A stretch of DNA of 64,000 nt from Auanema rhodensis. Its lineage: Eukaryota; Animalia; Nematoda. Location: NCBI GenBank assembly GCA_964057225.1, contig OZ059895.1, positions 3,906,001-3,970,000 of the forward strand, written 5' to 3'. A program made the position numbers and the translations under genes. Every line of letters begins with the position of its first letter. Within the stretch, counting starts at the first letter, position 1. Below are positions 61,940 through 64,000 of the stretch, piece after piece. The notes beneath the pieces were generated by a model that made no database searches, had not been told where the DNA came from, and saw only the letters and a program-made list of their open reading frames with translations.

Positions 61940-64000
61940 TCCTTTCTTTAAGGCAAAGACGATGGACAATGTGATTCAACGAAAAAATCAATTCTTCAGG
62001 GTGAAAATCGAGGATATAAGTGTGAACTTATATCAGTTGATATCTCGGTGCATTTTTGAGCTAGCGCAAATCTGATAACACAGATCGACGCAGCTTAAAA
62101 ATCCGCATCGAATACACTATACTACATTGAGAAACGCTTAATACAAAACTTAGTTATGATCGTTTGAAAAATGATGCATTAGTGTATGTTGAGTTTCCAT
62201 GTACACTCAACATTGCTTCCAAAAACATTTTGACAAAAATTTTTTCGAAAAATTTCAAAATAATTTAGCAAAAAGTAGATGTTTTTAGATTCCTTTTTTA
62301 AAGGCAAAGATGATGGACAATGTTATTCAACGAAAAAATTAATTCTTCAGGGTGAAAATCGAGGATATAAGTGTGAACTTATATCAGTTGATATCTCGGT
62401 GCATTTTCAAGCTAGCGCAAATCTGATAACACAGATCGACGAACCTAAAAAATCCGCATCGAATGCACTATACTTCATTGAGAAACGCTTAATACAAAAC
62501 TTAGTTATGATCGTTTGAAAAATGATGCATTAGTGTATGTTGAGTTTCCATGTACACTCAACATTGCTTCCAAAAACATTTTGACAAAAATTTTTTCGAA
62601 AAATTTCAAAATAATTTAGCAAAAAGTAGATGTTTTTAGATTCCTTTTTTTAAGGCAAAGATGATGGACAATGTGATTCAACGAAAAAATCAATTCTTCA
62701 GGGTGAAAATCGAGGATATAAGTGTGAACTTATATCAGTTGATATCTCGGTGCATTTTTAAGCTAGCGCAAATCTGATAACACAGATCGACGCAGCTTAA
62801 AAATCCGCATCGAATACACTATACTACATTGAGAAACGCTTAATACAAAACTTAGTTATGATCGTTTGAAAAATGATGCATTAGTGTATGTTGAGTTTCC
62901 ATGTACACTCAACATTGCTTCCAAAAACATTTTGACAAAAATTTTTTCGAAAAATTACAAAATAATTTAGCAAAAAGTAGATGTTTTTAGATTCCTTTTT
63001 TAAAGGCAAAGATGATGGACAATGTTATTCAACGAAAAAATTAATTCTTCAGGGTGAAAATCGAGGATATAAGTGTGAACTTATATCAGTTGATATCTCG
63101 GTGCATTTTTAAGCTAGCGCAAATCTGATAACACAGATCGACGCAGCTTACAAATCCGCATCGAATGCACTACACTTCATTGAGAAACGCTTAATACAAA
63201 ACTTAGTTATGATCGTTTGAAAAATGATGCATTAGTGTATGTTGAGTTTCCATGTACACTCAACATTGCTTCCAAAAACATTTTGACAAAAATTTTTTCG
63301 AAAAATTTCAAAATAATTTAGCAAAAAGTAGATGTTTTTAGATTCCTTTTTTTAAGGCAAAGACGATGGACAATGTTATTCAACGAAAAAATCAATTCTT
63401 CAGGGTGAAAATCGAGGATATAAGTGTGAACTTATATCAGTTGATATCTCGGTGCATTTTTAAGCTAGCGCAAATCTGATAACACAGATCGACGCAGCTT
63501 AAAAATCCGCATCGAATACACTATACTACATTGAGAAACGTTTAATACAAAAATTAGTTATGATCGTTTGAAAAATGATGCATTAGTGTATGTTGAGTTT
63601 CCATGTACACTCAACATTGCTTCCAAAAACATTTTGACAAAAATTTTTTCGAAAAATTTCAAAATAATTTAGCAAAAAGTAGATGTTTTTAGATTCCTTT
63701 TTTAAAGGCAAAGATGATGGACAATGTTATTCAACGAAAAAATTAATTCTTCAGGGTGAAAATCGAGGATATAAGTGTGAACATATATCAGTTAATATCT
63801 CGGTGCATTTTTAAGCTAGCGCAAATCTGATAACACAGATCGACGCAGCTTACAAATCCGCATCGAATGCACTATACTACATTGAAAAACGCTCAATACA
63901 AAACTTAGTTATGATCGTTTGAAAAATGATGCATTAGTGTATGTTGAGTTTCCATGTACACTCAACATTGCTTCCAAAAACATTTTGACAAAAATTTTTT
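61936..64000. repeat. Satellite B, about 5.9 further 351-bp copies (continues off the right edge)
   Basis: Same monomer and orientation as the left array, in phase once the element and one TSD copy are removed. Confidence 0.98.

Overview
Eukaryotic (probably invertebrate animal) satellite/heterochromatin-type DNA with no host genes. 1-12893 is satellite A, made of mixed 209-bp and 294/295-bp monomers. It switches abruptly, over a 3-bp ACG microhomology, to satellite B, a strictly phased 351-bp monomer that runs to the window end. Satellite B is interrupted at 51812-61935 by an intact, very young 10,124-bp Ty3/Gypsy-order LTR retroelement on the minus strand: two 381-bp LTRs that look identical by eye, a 4-bp AGAT target-site duplication, a tRNA-Gln PBS and a PPT. 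The main finding is the element's single 2534-codon ORF, ordered Gag - internal signal peptide - class III (herpes gB / rhabdovirus G-like) fusion glycoprotein - TM anchor - PTAP spacer - PR - RT - RNase H - IN. The envelope protein is therefore embedded in frame between Gag and Pol instead of forming a separate ORF after pol. Other oddities: non-canonical TG...CG LTR ends, an SL1-like 22-mer in the 5' leader, and fold-back (hairpin-rich) satellite monomers. All protein family assignments were made by eye from remembered motifs; no searches were run.
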